DNA from: Candidatus Latescibacterota bacterium
GTDB lineage: Bacteria > Latescibacterota > UBA2968 > UBA8231
Assembly (NCBI GenBank): GCA_965221775.1
Contig: CBDCSU010000004.1
Span: 128,001-192,000 of the forward strand
Direction of reading: 5' to 3'
Length of the DNA: 64,000 nt
Shown: one piece after another, positions 37,660 to 47,575 of the stretch
Layout of the letters: every line of letters begins with the position of its first letter
How positions within the stretch are numbered: the stretch's first letter is position 1
Program-made: the position numbers and the translations under genes
The notes under the pieces: model-generated
Told to the model about the DNA's origin: nothing
The model's database searches: none
The model's input: the letters and a program-made list of their open reading frames with translations, nothing else

Positions 37660-38742
37660 TCAGTTGCCGAAGCCCTCGCTGTCGTAGCGGGCGTGGATGC
37701 GGCCCTCGTCCTCGAGGTTGGAGTTGCCGAGGATGGCGACCTCGAGCTGCTCCTTGTTGGACTCGGGGTTGGTGATGGGGCTGGTGTAGGTGAGCAGGTA
37801 GAAGCTCCTCGACAGGTCGGTGATCTCCTTCTGGATCTCGAGGAAGGCCTGCTTCAGCTCGGAGATGATGTCGGCCTCGAAGAAGCCCATGGTGCGGAAG
37901 GTGAGGCGCCGCAGGGGCCCCCGTTCGAGGTCTTCGGTGTTGAGGGCGGCCACGTAGATCTTCTTGAGCTCGCCGCCGGAGCCCACCATGGCGTCGATGG
38001 CGTCCTCGACCTGCAGGCTCGGGTCGGCGTTGTGGAAGCCGTCGGTGAAGACCACCAGGCTGCCGTCGACGATCCCGGTGAGGGAGACCCGGTCCTCCCA
38101 CAGGCCGGCCACGTCCATGATCGCCCCGTAGAGGTTGGTCGAGGGGATCAGGTCGTCCTCGGGGATCGAGGCCACGGCCTCGGCCAGGACCGCGGGGTCG
38201 GAGGTGAAGTCCTGGACCCGCCGCGTCCGGCTGTCGAAGACGTAGATGGCCATCTCCTGGTTGTCGCTGATGCTCTGCACCAGGAAGGTGACGGCCTCCT
38301 TGATCTGCGGCACCTGGCCGCGCACGCTGGAGCTCATGTCGAGGAGGAGCACCGTGGGGATGGTGAAGGGGATCGCCGAGGTGCTCACCGTGAGGCCGGA
38401 CTCGACGCCGACCTTGCGGCCGTTCTCGGCGACGACGAAGTCGGCATCGCCGAGGCCGGGGACGCCGCGGCCGCCGGCGTCCTTCACCTGCAGCAGGAGG
38501 CCCACCTCGCGCGCCTGCGGATCGACGGAGAGCTCGTACTCGGTGAGGTGGTAGAACCGTTCGGAGTCGTAGGTGCAGCTGCCGTCGTCGGTGTTGGCGG
38601 ACCTCGAGAAGTTGAGGCCCGCTATGTCGGTGCAGCCCGGAATCTCCGGCTCCCCGGGGATGTCGACGGGGTTGCCGCCGCCCCCGCAGCCGATGGCAAC
38701 GGCCGCCGCCAGGCCTGTCAGGAAGAGCGCGTTTCGTGTCAT
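37660..38742 (-). CDS. Lipoprotein with von Willebrand factor A domain
   Basis: AIGC lipobox, MIDAS LDMSSS...T.LY.A...FTDG. Confidence 0.85.
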   Translation of the reverse strand: MTRNALFLTGLAAAVAIGCGGGGNPVDIPGEPEIPGCTDIAGLNFSRSANTDDGSCTYDSERFYHLTEYELSVDPQAREVGLLLQVKDAGGRGVPGLGDADFVVAENGRKVGVESGLTVSTSAIPFTIPTVLLLDMSSSVRGQVPQIKEAVTFLVQSISDNQEMAIYVFDSRTRRVQDFTSDPAVLAEAVASIPEDDLIPSTNLYGAIMDVAGLWEDRVSLTGIVDGSLVVFTDGFHNADPSLQVEDAIDAMVGSGGELKKIYVAALNTEDLERGPLRRLTFRTMGFFEADIISELKQAFLEIQKEITDLSRSFYLLTYTSPITNPESNKEQLEVAILGNSNLEDEGRIHARYDSEGFGN

Positions 38743-38750
38743 CGTGCTCT

Positions 38751-38831
38751 TCGATAGCCACGTTCCCCGGGAATGTCAAGCAGGGAAAGAGGGGCCTTCT
38801 TCTTGAGGGAGTTAGCGCCGCGGGGTAAGAT
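38751..38831. promoter_or_regulatory. Divergent sigma70-like promoters
   Basis: Minus strand: TTGACA (38779-38774)-N17-TATCGA. Plus strand: TTGAGG (38803)-N17-TAAGAT (38826). They lie between divergent genes. Confidence 0.45.
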
Positions 38832-38858
38832 GATGAGCCCCATGGACGAGGACATCCG

Positions 38859-40805
38859 ATGACGCAGCACTCCGCCGCCGCCGCCGGTCCGGTGCGGGCG
38901 CCGCGCACCCTGATCGCCGGCTCGGCGATGTGCGTCCTCATCGCCGCCTGGGGGCCCTACAACCTGCTCGTCCTGCGCGGGTCCTGCCTGACCATCGACT
39001 TCTCCACGGGGGCGGCGATCGCCGTCCTGTTCTTCGCCGCCTTCTTCCTCAACGGCCTGCTGCGCGCCTTCCTGCCGGTCCTGTCCCTGTCCTCGGGGGA
39101 GCTGTCCATCACCTACCTGATGGCGGCCATCGCCTGCTCGATCTGCACCATGGGGCTGACCCTGCAGCTCGTGCCCCTGGTGCCGGCCATGGATTACCTC
39201 GCCTCGCCGGAGAACGAGTGGGCCCGCGACATCCTGCCCTACGTGCCTCACTGGCTGCGGCTGCAGGGGGAAGACGTGATCCTCGGCTTCTACGAGGGCC
39301 TCTCCGAGGGCGAGTCGATCCCCTGGGGGGCCTGGGCGAAGCCGCTGCTGGCGTGGATGCCCGTGATCGTCGGTCTCTACCTGGTCATGATCTCCCTGGC
39401 CGTGCTCTTCAGCCGCCAGTGGATCGAGCACGAGCGCCTCGCCTACCCCCTGGCCCAGGTGCCCCTGGTCATGACCTCCCAGGAGGAGGGCCGGGCCCTG
39501 AACGCCTTCTTCCGCAACCCGGTCATGTGGCTGGGCTTCTCCGTGCCCTTCACCATCACCGGCATGAACGGCCTCCACTTCTATCACCACTTCGTGCCGA
39601 ATTTCTATCTGAGCACTCACATCAACCTCTTCCACGACATGCCCGCCCTGTGGTTGAACCTGACCTTCTCCATGATGGGCTTCGCCTACCTGGTGCACCA
39701 GGAGGTGGCCCTGAGCGTCTGGCTGTTCTACCTGGTGGGCTACGCCGTCTCCGGCGTGTTCTCCCAGGTCGGCATCACCCGGAGCGTGACGCTCGACTTC
39801 TACGCCCAGCGCGACGGCGGTCCGATCTTCTCCTACGTCCAGTTCGGCGCCCTCATGGCCCTGGTCGGCTATACCCTGTGGACGGCGCGGGGGCATCTGC
39901 GCGGCAGCTGGAGGGCCGCCTGGCGCTCGTCGACCTCCTCGGCCGGGGACGCCATGTCCATGCGCAGCGTCTACGTGCAGCTGATCCTGGGGCTGGTGCT
40001 GATGACGGGATGGTTCACCGCCGCGGGCGTGCCCCTCTGGGCGGGGGCGGCCTTCGTCCTGGTGATGACAGTCACCTTCCTGGGGATCACCCGCATCCTC
40101 TGCGAGGCCGGGCTGGCCCGGACGCGGGCGCAGCTTCCCACGCCCACGGTGCTGCGTTCCATGGTCGGCACCGCCCACCTGGGCCCGGCCGGGACGATCG
40201 GCGTCCTGGGCTACGGGCAGGTCTGGATGAGCGACGTGCGCACCTTCGTCATGGCCGCCGCCGCCAACGGCCTCAAGCTGACGGCCTCGATCCGGGGCAA
40301 GGCCCTGGTCCTGGGGAGCACGGTGCTGGCCGTGGTGCTCGCCCTCGTGGCGTCGATCGGGTCGACCCTCTACTTCGCCTACGAGAGCGGCGCCCACAAC
40401 GCCAACAGCTGGTTCTTCATCCGCGCTCCCCGGTACATCGTCGATTTCGCCGCCGGCTACGTGCGCGAGCCGGCCGCCGTCGACGTGGCGGGCCTGGGGC
40501 TGATGGGGCTGGGCGGCGCCGGCATGCTCGGCCTCTACTGGATCCGCGCCCACTTCCTGGGCTTTCCCATCCACCCCCTGGGGCTGGCCGTCTCGCAGAT
40601 GGCCCTCACCCGGCACATGTGGTTCAGCATGTTCGTCGTGTGGCTGCTGAAGGCGGTGATGATCCGCTACGGCGGCCCCCGCCTGCTGCTGCGGGTGCGG
40701 CCCTTCTTCCTCGGCTTCATCCTCGGGGAGTTCGTGGCCCTCTCCATGTGGCTGATGATCGATCTGGCCACGGGGGCCCAGGGCAACAGCCTCTTCAACG
40801 TCTGA
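38859..40805 (+). CDS. Polytopic membrane protein, DUF6785/DUF6784-like (second paralog)
   Basis: ASPENEW, RQWIEHERLAYPLAQVP, CEAGL, FPIHPLG, PFFLGFILGE. Confidence 0.8.
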   Translation: MTQHSAAAAGPVRAPRTLIAGSAMCVLIAAWGPYNLLVLRGSCLTIDFSTGAAIAVLFFAAFFLNGLLRAFLPVLSLSSGELSITYLMAAIACSICTMGLTLQLVPLVPAMDYLASPENEWARDILPYVPHWLRLQGEDVILGFYEGLSEGESIPWGAWAKPLLAWMPVIVGLYLVMISLAVLFSRQWIEHERLAYPLAQVPLVMTSQEEGRALNAFFRNPVMWLGFSVPFTITGMNGLHFYHHFVPNFYLSTHINLFHDMPALWLNLTFSMMGFAYLVHQEVALSVWLFYLVGYAVSGVFSQVGITRSVTLDFYAQRDGGPIFSYVQFGALMALVGYTLWTARGHLRGSWRAAWRSSTSSAGDAMSMRSVYVQLILGLVLMTGWFTAAGVPLWAGAAFVLVMTVTFLGITRILCEAGLARTRAQLPTPTVLRSMVGTAHLGPAGTIGVLGYGQVWMSDVRTFVMAAAANGLKLTASIRGKALVLGSTVLAVVLALVASIGSTLYFAYESGAHNANSWFFIRAPRYIVDFAAGYVREPAAVDVAGLGLMGLGGAGMLGLYWIRAHFLGFPIHPLGLAVSQMALTRHMWFSMFVVWLLKAVMIRYGGPRLLLRVRPFFLGFILGEFVALSMWLMIDLATGAQGNSLFNV

Positions 40806-40811
40806 CGCCCC

Positions 40812-41558
40812 TCAGCCCTCCTGCTCCTTCTTCCAGGCCTCGTACTCGGGGCGCGCCTCCTCCGACAGGGGGTAGTACTTCCTCAGGTGGCCGCCCTCGA
40901 GCAGCCGCAGGCGGCTGAACTCCTCCCACTCGGCGTGGGAGCCGGCGGCCTCCACCAGCTCGGCAGCCAGCTTCGCCGGCACCGCCACGACCCCGTCGTC
41001 GTCGGCGACGATGATGTCCCCGGGCAGGACCAGGCTGTCGTTGAGGGCGACGGGCACGTTCACCGCGTAGGGGAAGATGCTGGTCTGGGTGTGGAAGTTC
41101 GGCGTCACCCCCCGCAGCCACAGGCCCAGGTCGAGGTCCCGCTGCACGATGGGGTAGTCGCGGATGCAGCCGTCGACGACGACGCCGGCGCCGCCGCGGC
41201 CCTGGAAGAAGGTGAGCATCATGTTGCCGAAGACGCCGCTCTTCATGTCGCCCCGGGCGTCGACGCAGACCACGTCCCCCGGCCGCGCGTGGTAGAGCAC
41301 GTGCCGGTGCAGCTGCGACTCCGGGTCGGCGTACTCGTCCTGGTCGTACACGTCCTCCCGCTGGGGCATGAACTGCAGGGTGAGGGCCGGGCCGACGACG
41401 CTCCGGCCGGGGGTGAAGGGCACGGGCCCGAGGACGTGCGGGTCCTGGATGCCGAGGCGCTTGAGCTCACCGGCGGCGGTGGCCGAGCCGATGTGGCGGA
41501 GCCCGTCGATGATCTCCGCGGGCGGGCGCTCGATGTCGGGGGTGTGGGTGTCGGCCAT
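40812..41558 (-). CDS. RraA-like / HMG aldolase family protein
   Basis: GPALTLQF.P, GVFG.M, VVDGCIRD, PGDIIVADDDGVV. GAGGAG RBS. Confidence 0.85.
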   Translation of the reverse strand: MADTHTPDIERPPAEIIDGLRHIGSATAAGELKRLGIQDPHVLGPVPFTPGRSVVGPALTLQFMPQREDVYDQDEYADPESQLHRHVLYHARPGDVVCVDARGDMKSGVFGNMMLTFFQGRGGAGVVVDGCIRDYPIVQRDLDLGLWLRGVTPNFHTQTSIFPYAVNVPVALNDSLVLPGDIIVADDDGVVAVPAKLAAELVEAAGSHAEWEEFSRLRLLEGGHLRKYYPLSEEARPEYEAWKKEQEG

Positions 41559-41707
41559 CTGGTTCTCCTCGGCGGTTTCGGTTGGACCCTGTCTCGCGGG
41601 CGGGAGAAGGTAAGGCAGAACCCCGGGGGCATGGCGTCCGCACCCGACGGCTGGTTGACGGCCCCGGCGGCATGACGTTAGCTCCCTGACCGCCGAAGGC
41701 ATCCTGC

Positions 41708-43555
41708 ATGACCGAAGCCCTCCTCATCGCCGCCGCCGTCGTCGTCCTCGCCGCCCTCGTCGCTCTGCGCAGCCGGCGGGGGAGCGCCGGCCACCTCGAC
41801 AGCTCCTACGACGAGTCCGAGGGCCAACGCCGCCTGCACAAGTGGGGCTACGCCGACACCCGCTTCGAGTTCGACGGCCCGCGCAGCGTCCGCGTCACCG
41901 GCTCCCGCTACCCGCTGGCCGGGTACAGCCTGCCGTTCTTCGTCCCCTTCGCCGAGGAGGTTCTCGGCGTGCCGATCACCCCCGGGGAGATGATGCCCGA
42001 GGTCGAGCGCGGCCCCCTGCCTCCGGGCCGCCCCTGCGAGGCCTTCCTCGGCGCCTGCCGGCAGCGGCTGGGCGAGGATCGCCTCGCCACCGACGACGAG
42101 ACCCGCCTGACCCACAGCCACGGCCAGCTCAGCGTCGACGAGATCTACCGCCTCCTCTACATCGGCAGCCTGCCGCGCGTCGCCGACCTCGTGGTCTTCC
42201 CCGAGAGCGAGGAGGAGGCGGGGCAACTCGTGAGCCTGGCGGCGGAGCACGGCGTCTGCCTGGTGCCCTACGGGGGCGGCACCAACGTCAGCGGCGCCCT
42301 CTCCCTGCCGCCGGGGGAGGAGCGCCCCATCGCCTCCGTCGACATGAGCCGCATGAACCGCATTCTGTGGCTGGACGAGGACAACCTGCAGGCCTGCGTC
42401 GAGGCCGGGATCACCGGCAAGGAGCTGGAGCGCCTCCTCGGAGAGCGCGGTTACACCACGGGGCACGACCCCGACAGCGTCGAGCTCTCCACCCTCGGCG
42501 GCTGGATCGCCACCAACGCCAGCGGCATGAAGAAGAACCGCTACGGCAACATCGAGGAGATCGTCGTCGAGGCGACCCTGGTGACCCCGGCGGGGGAGGT
42601 CGAGTCCCGGCGGGCGACGCCGCGCAACTCCATCGGGGTGGCGCCGCGCCTGTGGCTCTTCGGCTGCGAGGGCAACCTCGGCCTGATCACCAAGGCGGTG
42701 ATCAAGATCCACCCGCGGCCCGAGGCGCGCGAGTACGGCTCCCTGGTCTTCCCCTCCCTCGACCACGGGGTCCGCTACCTGAAGGCCCTGCGCCGGGAGG
42801 GGGCCCTGCCGGCGAGCATCCGGCTGGTGAACAACACCGAGTTCCGCTTCGGCCAGGCCCTGAAGCCGGCGCCGTCGGCCGTGACCCGCGTCAAGACGGC
42901 GGTGCAGCGTTTCGTCCTCCAACGGGTGAAGGGCTTCGACCTGCGAAAGCTGGCGGCGTGCACCATCGTCATGGAGGGCACCCGCCGCGAGTTGGCCTGG
43001 CAGCGCAGGATCATCTTCTCCCTGGCCAGGAGGTTCGGCGGCGTCAGCGGCGGCTCCCACAACGGCCGCCGTGGCTACATGCTCACCTTCGCCATCGCCT
43101 ACATCCGCGACTTCCTCAACCAGTTCCACATCATGGGCGAGACCTTCGAGACCTCGGTGCCCTGGGACCGCATCCACGACGTGACCGGCGCCGTCGAGGA
43201 GAAGCTCGCCGAGCAGTGCCGCGGCCACGGCGTGCGCGGGACTCCCTACCTGTCCTACCGCATCACCCAGACCTACCACACCGGGGTGTGCATCTACTTC
43301 ACCATGGGCTTCAGCGGCAAGGGCCTGGAGGCGCCCGACCGCGTCTACCACGACGTGGAGGCGAGCCTGCGGCAGGCGATCCTCGACCACGGCGGGTCCC
43401 TGTCCCACCACCACGGTGTCGGCAAGATCCGCGCCGCCTTCCTTCCGGAGGTCCAGACCGAGGCCAGCCTGAGGATCCTGCGCGAGACCAAGCGGGCCAT
43501 GGATCCGGACGACGTCTTCGGCATCGCCAACGGCGCCCTCGCCGCCGACCGCTGA
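41708..43555 (+). CDS. agpS: Alkyl-dihydroxyacetonephosphate synthase (FAD-linked), with N-terminal TM anchor
   Basis: PYGGGT.VS, MNRILWLDEDNL.A.VEAGITG.ELE, GHDPDS.E.STLGGW..T.ASGMKKN.YGNIE, ETFETSVPWD, RITQTYHTG.CIYF, SLSHHHGVGKIR. Confidence 0.9.
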   Translation: MTEALLIAAAVVVLAALVALRSRRGSAGHLDSSYDESEGQRRLHKWGYADTRFEFDGPRSVRVTGSRYPLAGYSLPFFVPFAEEVLGVPITPGEMMPEVERGPLPPGRPCEAFLGACRQRLGEDRLATDDETRLTHSHGQLSVDEIYRLLYIGSLPRVADLVVFPESEEEAGQLVSLAAEHGVCLVPYGGGTNVSGALSLPPGEERPIASVDMSRMNRILWLDEDNLQACVEAGITGKELERLLGERGYTTGHDPDSVELSTLGGWIATNASGMKKNRYGNIEEIVVEATLVTPAGEVESRRATPRNSIGVAPRLWLFGCEGNLGLITKAVIKIHPRPEAREYGSLVFPSLDHGVRYLKALRREGALPASIRLVNNTEFRFGQALKPAPSAVTRVKTAVQRFVLQRVKGFDLRKLAACTIVMEGTRRELAWQRRIIFSLARRFGGVSGGSHNGRRGYMLTFAIAYIRDFLNQFHIMGETFETSVPWDRIHDVTGAVEEKLAEQCRGHGVRGTPYLSYRITQTYHTGVCIYFTMGFSGKGLEAPDRVYHDVEASLRQAILDHGGSLSHHHGVGKIRAAFLPEVQTEASLRILRETKRAMDPDDVFGIANGALAADR

Positions 43556-43563
43556 GCCGCCCG

Positions 43564-44418
43564 GTGCCCCGGGAACCCTCGGTCGTCATCACCGGCGCCT
43601 CTTCCGGTCTGGGAGCGGCCCTGGCCGCGGCCTTCGCCCGGGACGGCGCCCGCCTGACCCTGATGGCCCGGCGGGCGGAGAGGCTGGCGCAGGTCGCCGA
43701 GGCCTGCGGCGCCGCCGAGGTGGAGACGGTGAAGGGGGACGTCACCGTCGCCGCCGACGGGGAGCGGCTCGTGGAGGCGGCGGTCGCCGCCCACGGCGGC
43801 ATCGACTGCCTCGTCGCCAACGCCGGAGTGAGCATGTGGGCGCCCTTCGAGGAGGTGCGCGACCTGTCCCTGTTCCGCCGGCTCATGGAGGTCAACTACC
43901 TCGGCGCCGTGCACTGCGTCCACCCGGCGCTGCCCCATCTGAAGGAGAGCCGCGGGCAGTTCGTGGCGATCTCGTCGATCCAGGGCCGCGTCGGGGTGCC
44001 GCAGCACACCGGGTACTCGGCCTCCAAGCACGCCCTGCAGGGGTTCTGCGACGCCCTGCGCATGGAGTTGGAGGGCAGCGGCGTCAACGTCCTCACCGTG
44101 GTCCTCCACTGGCTCGGCGGCACGGAGCTGCGGGGGCAGGCCCTGGCCGCCGACGGCCGGCCCTTCGGCGAGGGCCGCCGCCGGCCGAGCCGGGACGCCA
44201 TCGGCCTCGAGGAGACCTGCGGCGCCGTCCTGCGGTCGGTGAAGGAGCGCCGCCGCGAGCTGGTGATGCCCTGGAAGCTGAAGGCCCTCCTCGCCATCCG
44301 CGCCCTGCGGCCGCGGCTGTCGGAGGCGATCGTGCGCCGGGCCGTGGACCGCCAGGGGGGCGAGGCCGTGGGCGGGGCTGCGGACACCGGCACCGAAGAC
44401 GGGAGGCAGCGACCGTGA
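43564..44418 (+). CDS. SDR of the DHRS7/DHRS7B-like group
   Basis: ITGASSGLG, NAGVS, MEVNYLG, AISSIQG, YSASKHALQGF.DALRME. GTG start 8 nt after the agpS stop. Confidence 0.85.
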   Translation: MPREPSVVITGASSGLGAALAAAFARDGARLTLMARRAERLAQVAEACGAAEVETVKGDVTVAADGERLVEAAVAAHGGIDCLVANAGVSMWAPFEEVRDLSLFRRLMEVNYLGAVHCVHPALPHLKESRGQFVAISSIQGRVGVPQHTGYSASKHALQGFCDALRMELEGSGVNVLTVVLHWLGGTELRGQALAADGRPFGEGRRRPSRDAIGLEETCGAVLRSVKERRRELVMPWKLKALLAIRALRPRLSEAIVRRAVDRQGGEAVGGAADTGTEDGRQRP

Positions 44419-44692
44419 ACCCCGGATCTGCCATCGGCCTCCCTCCACCGGACCGGGAAGGACCTCGCGCTGTGCTCGCCGACCGCCCGGGGTTCACCGA
44501 AGCCTGGATCGGCACCGCCATGGTGATCGCCCACCGCTGGAACCGCGAGGCCCTCCGGAGGGCCCCCCTCGAGCGCCTCGCCCTCGACATCGCACCGAGG
44601 CTGCCCTGAGCCGGCGATTGCCCGCATCCGCAATCGTTGGCAAGTTTTCCACGCTTTCCCTTCCGCCTCTACCCCGTCGAACTGGATTCGCC

Positions 44693-47575
44693 ATGACGCG
44701 CCGGCCCTTGCCCGCCCTGGTCCTCCCCCTTCTCGCCGTCGCCGGTCTGACCCTCGCCGGCTGCGCCGCCCGGCCTCCCGCCTCCGGAACCGCCCCCGAG
44801 GCGGCCTCCGACGGCCCGGACACGGTGCTGCCTGTCGATCCCAAGGTCACCCTCGGCACCCTCGACAACGGCCTGCGCTACATCATCCGGCCGAATGCCA
44901 AGCCCGAGAACCGGGCCGAGCTGCGCCTCGCCCTCGACGTGGGCTCGATCCTGGAGACCGACGAGGAGCAGGGGCTGGCCCACTTCGCCGAGCACATGGC
45001 CTTCAACGGCACCACCCACTTCGAGAAGCAGGAGCTGTGGTCCTACCTCGAGTCGGTGGGGCTGCGCACCGGGGCCGACCTCAACGCCCACACCAGCTTC
45101 GACGAGACCGTGTACAAGCTCACCGTGCCCCTCGACTCGGTGCAGGTCGTGGAGCAGGCTTTCCAGATCTTCGAGGACTGGGCCCACGGCATCACCTTCG
45201 ACGGCGAGGAGATCGAAAAGGAGCGGGGCGTCGTCATCGAGGAGTGGCGCCGCGGCCAGGGCGCCGGTCTGCGCATGCTCTACAAGCAGCTCCCCGTGCT
45301 CTTCGCCGACTCCAGGTACGCCGACCGCATTCCCATCGGCCAGAAGGCCGTCCTCGACACCTTCCACCACGACACGCTGCGCGGGTTCTACCGCCGCTGG
45401 TACCGGCCGGACCTGATGGGCTTCGTCGCCGTGGGCGACTTCGAGCCCGCCTGGATGGAGAGCCTGATCACCGAGTACATGGGGCGGGTCCCGGCCGCCG
45501 GGGAGCCGACGGTGCGGCCCGAGGCGCCGGTGCCCGATCACGAGGAAACCCTCTTCGCCATCGTCACCGATCCGGAGGCCACCTCCAACGTCGTCCGGGT
45601 CATGCACAAGGAGGACCCGAGCGACGACTCGACCCGGGGCGCCTACCGGCAGCGCCTGATGGAGAGCCTCTACCACGGCATGCTCAACCGGCGCCTCTAC
45701 GAGCTGACCACCCGGGCCGAGCCGCCCTTCCTCGGGGCGTTCTCCGGCGGCTACTACTCGGTGCGCACCAAGGAGATGATCCAGCTCGCCGCGGGCGTCG
45801 AGAACAACGGCTTCGACAGCGGCCTGGAGGCCCTGCTCACCGAGGCCGAGCGCGTCCGCCAGCACGGGTTCACGGCCACGGAGCTGGCGCGCCAGAAGAA
45901 GGAGCAGCTGCGCGCCATGGAGCAGTCCTGGCGCGAGCGCGACAAGCTGCAGTCGCGGGGCTTCGCCGCCGAGTACATCCGCCACCTGCTGGAGGACGAG
46001 CCGATCCCCGGCATCGAGGGCGAGTACCAGCTCCACCAGGAGCTGCTGCCCACCATCAGCCTCGAGGAGGTGAACGAGCTGGCGGGGGAGTGGACCGGCG
46101 GCGGCAACCGCGTCATCACCGTCACCGCCCCCGACAGGGAGGGGGTCGGCGTGCCCACCGAGGAGGAGCTGCTCGCCACTCTGGAGATGGTCGCCGCCCG
46201 GCCGGTGGAGGCCTACGTCGACCAAGGGGCCGACCTGCCGCTGCTGCCCGACGAGCCCACGCCGGGGTCGGTGGCCTCCCGCGCCGAGATCCCGGAGCTC
46301 GGGGTCACGCGCTGGGAGCTGTCCAACGGCGTGCGCGTCTTCCTCAAGTCGACGGACTTCAAGAACGACCAGATCCTGTTCGCGGCGTACAGCCCCGGCG
46401 GCCACTCCCTGGTGGAGGACGGGGAGTTCGTCGCCGCCTCCACCGCCGCCACCGTGGTCACCGAGGGCGGCCTCGGGAACTTCGACAAGGTGGGCCTCAT
46501 CAAGTGGCTCAGCGGCAAGGTGGTGAGCGTCTCGCCGTACGTCTCGGAGCTGGAGGAGGGGCTGTCGGGCTCGGCCTCGCCCCAGGACGCGGAGACGATG
46601 TTCCAGATGATCCACGCCTACTTCACCGCCACGCGCTCGGACAGCGCCGCTTTCGCCTCCCTCCACACCCGCCTGCGGGCGTGGCTGGAGAACCGCAGCG
46701 CCGACCCCGAGACCGCCTTCGCCGACACGGTCTCGGTGACCATGTCCCAGTACCACCACCGGGCCCGGCCCTGGTCGCTGGCCATGCTCGACGAGCTCGA
46801 CCTGGAGGCCTCGGTGCGGATCTTCCGCGACCGCTTCGCCGACGCCTCGGACTTCACCTTCATCTTCGTCGGCAACTTCACCGCCGAGGCGCTGGAACCC
46901 CTGGTCAACCGCTACCTGGCCAGCCTGCCGGCCCCGGAGCGCGGAGAGAGCTGGCGCGACATGGACATGGACCCGCCCGCCGGGGTGGTGCGGAAGGTCG
47001 TCCGCGCCGGCCTGGAGCCGAAGAGCCAGACCCGCATCCTCTTCACCGGCCCCTTCGACTTCGACGTGCGCGCCGACCGGGTCCAGCTGAGCCTGATGGC
47101 CCAGGCCTTCCAGATCAAGCTGCGAGAGGTTCTGCGCGAGGACCTGGGGGGCACCTACAGCGTCGGCGTGCGCGCCTCCCTCTCCCACTGGCCCGAGGAG
47201 CGCTACCAGCTCCGGGTGAGCTTCGGCAGCGACCCGGAGCGGGCCGAGGAGCTGACCGCCGTCGTCTTCGATCAGATCGACAGTCTGCGCTCCTCCGGCC
47301 TCGACTCGACGTACGTGGAGAGGGTCCGGGAGATCCGCCGCCGCGAGCACGAGGTCGCCCTGAAGGAGAACAACTGGTGGCTCGGCAGCCTGCGCTACGC
47401 CGACACCCACGGCATCGACCCGCTGCTGATCCTCGACCGGTCCCTGGTGGAGGGGCTGACCGCGGCCGACGTGCACCGCCTGGCGCAGCGCTTCGACACC
47501 GGCAACTACGCCCAGTTCGTGATGATGCCGGCACAGGTGGACAGCACCGCCGCCGAGGCGGCGCCCGGGCCGTGA
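44693..47575 (+). CDS. M16 zinc metallopeptidase (PqqL-like) lipoprotein
   Basis: LAGC lipobox, GLAHFAEHMAFNG (HxxEH), NAHTSFDET, LSNG second half, LREDLGGTYSV. Confidence 0.92.
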   Translation: MTRRPLPALVLPLLAVAGLTLAGCAARPPASGTAPEAASDGPDTVLPVDPKVTLGTLDNGLRYIIRPNAKPENRAELRLALDVGSILETDEEQGLAHFAEHMAFNGTTHFEKQELWSYLESVGLRTGADLNAHTSFDETVYKLTVPLDSVQVVEQAFQIFEDWAHGITFDGEEIEKERGVVIEEWRRGQGAGLRMLYKQLPVLFADSRYADRIPIGQKAVLDTFHHDTLRGFYRRWYRPDLMGFVAVGDFEPAWMESLITEYMGRVPAAGEPTVRPEAPVPDHEETLFAIVTDPEATSNVVRVMHKEDPSDDSTRGAYRQRLMESLYHGMLNRRLYELTTRAEPPFLGAFSGGYYSVRTKEMIQLAAGVENNGFDSGLEALLTEAERVRQHGFTATELARQKKEQLRAMEQSWRERDKLQSRGFAAEYIRHLLEDEPIPGIEGEYQLHQELLPTISLEEVNELAGEWTGGGNRVITVTAPDREGVGVPTEEELLATLEMVAARPVEAYVDQGADLPLLPDEPTPGSVASRAEIPELGVTRWELSNGVRVFLKSTDFKNDQILFAAYSPGGHSLVEDGEFVAASTAATVVTEGGLGNFDKVGLIKWLSGKVVSVSPYVSELEEGLSGSASPQDAETMFQMIHAYFTATRSDSAAFASLHTRLRAWLENRSADPETAFADTVSVTMSQYHHRARPWSLAMLDELDLEASVRIFRDRFADASDFTFIFVGNFTAEALEPLVNRYLASLPAPERGESWRDMDMDPPAGVVRKVVRAGLEPKSQTRILFTGPFDFDVRADRVQLSLMAQAFQIKLREVLREDLGGTYSVGVRASLSHWPEERYQLRVSFGSDPERAEELTAVVFDQIDSLRSSGLDSTYVERVREIRRREHEVALKENNWWLGSLRYADTHGIDPLLILDRSLVEGLTAADVHRLAQRFDTGNYAQFVMMPAQVDSTAAEAAPGP

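Noticed and set aside
44415-44609. 64-codon ORF coupled to the SDR stop
   Set aside because: No recognisable motif. It may be a small protein or remnant but cannot be supported.
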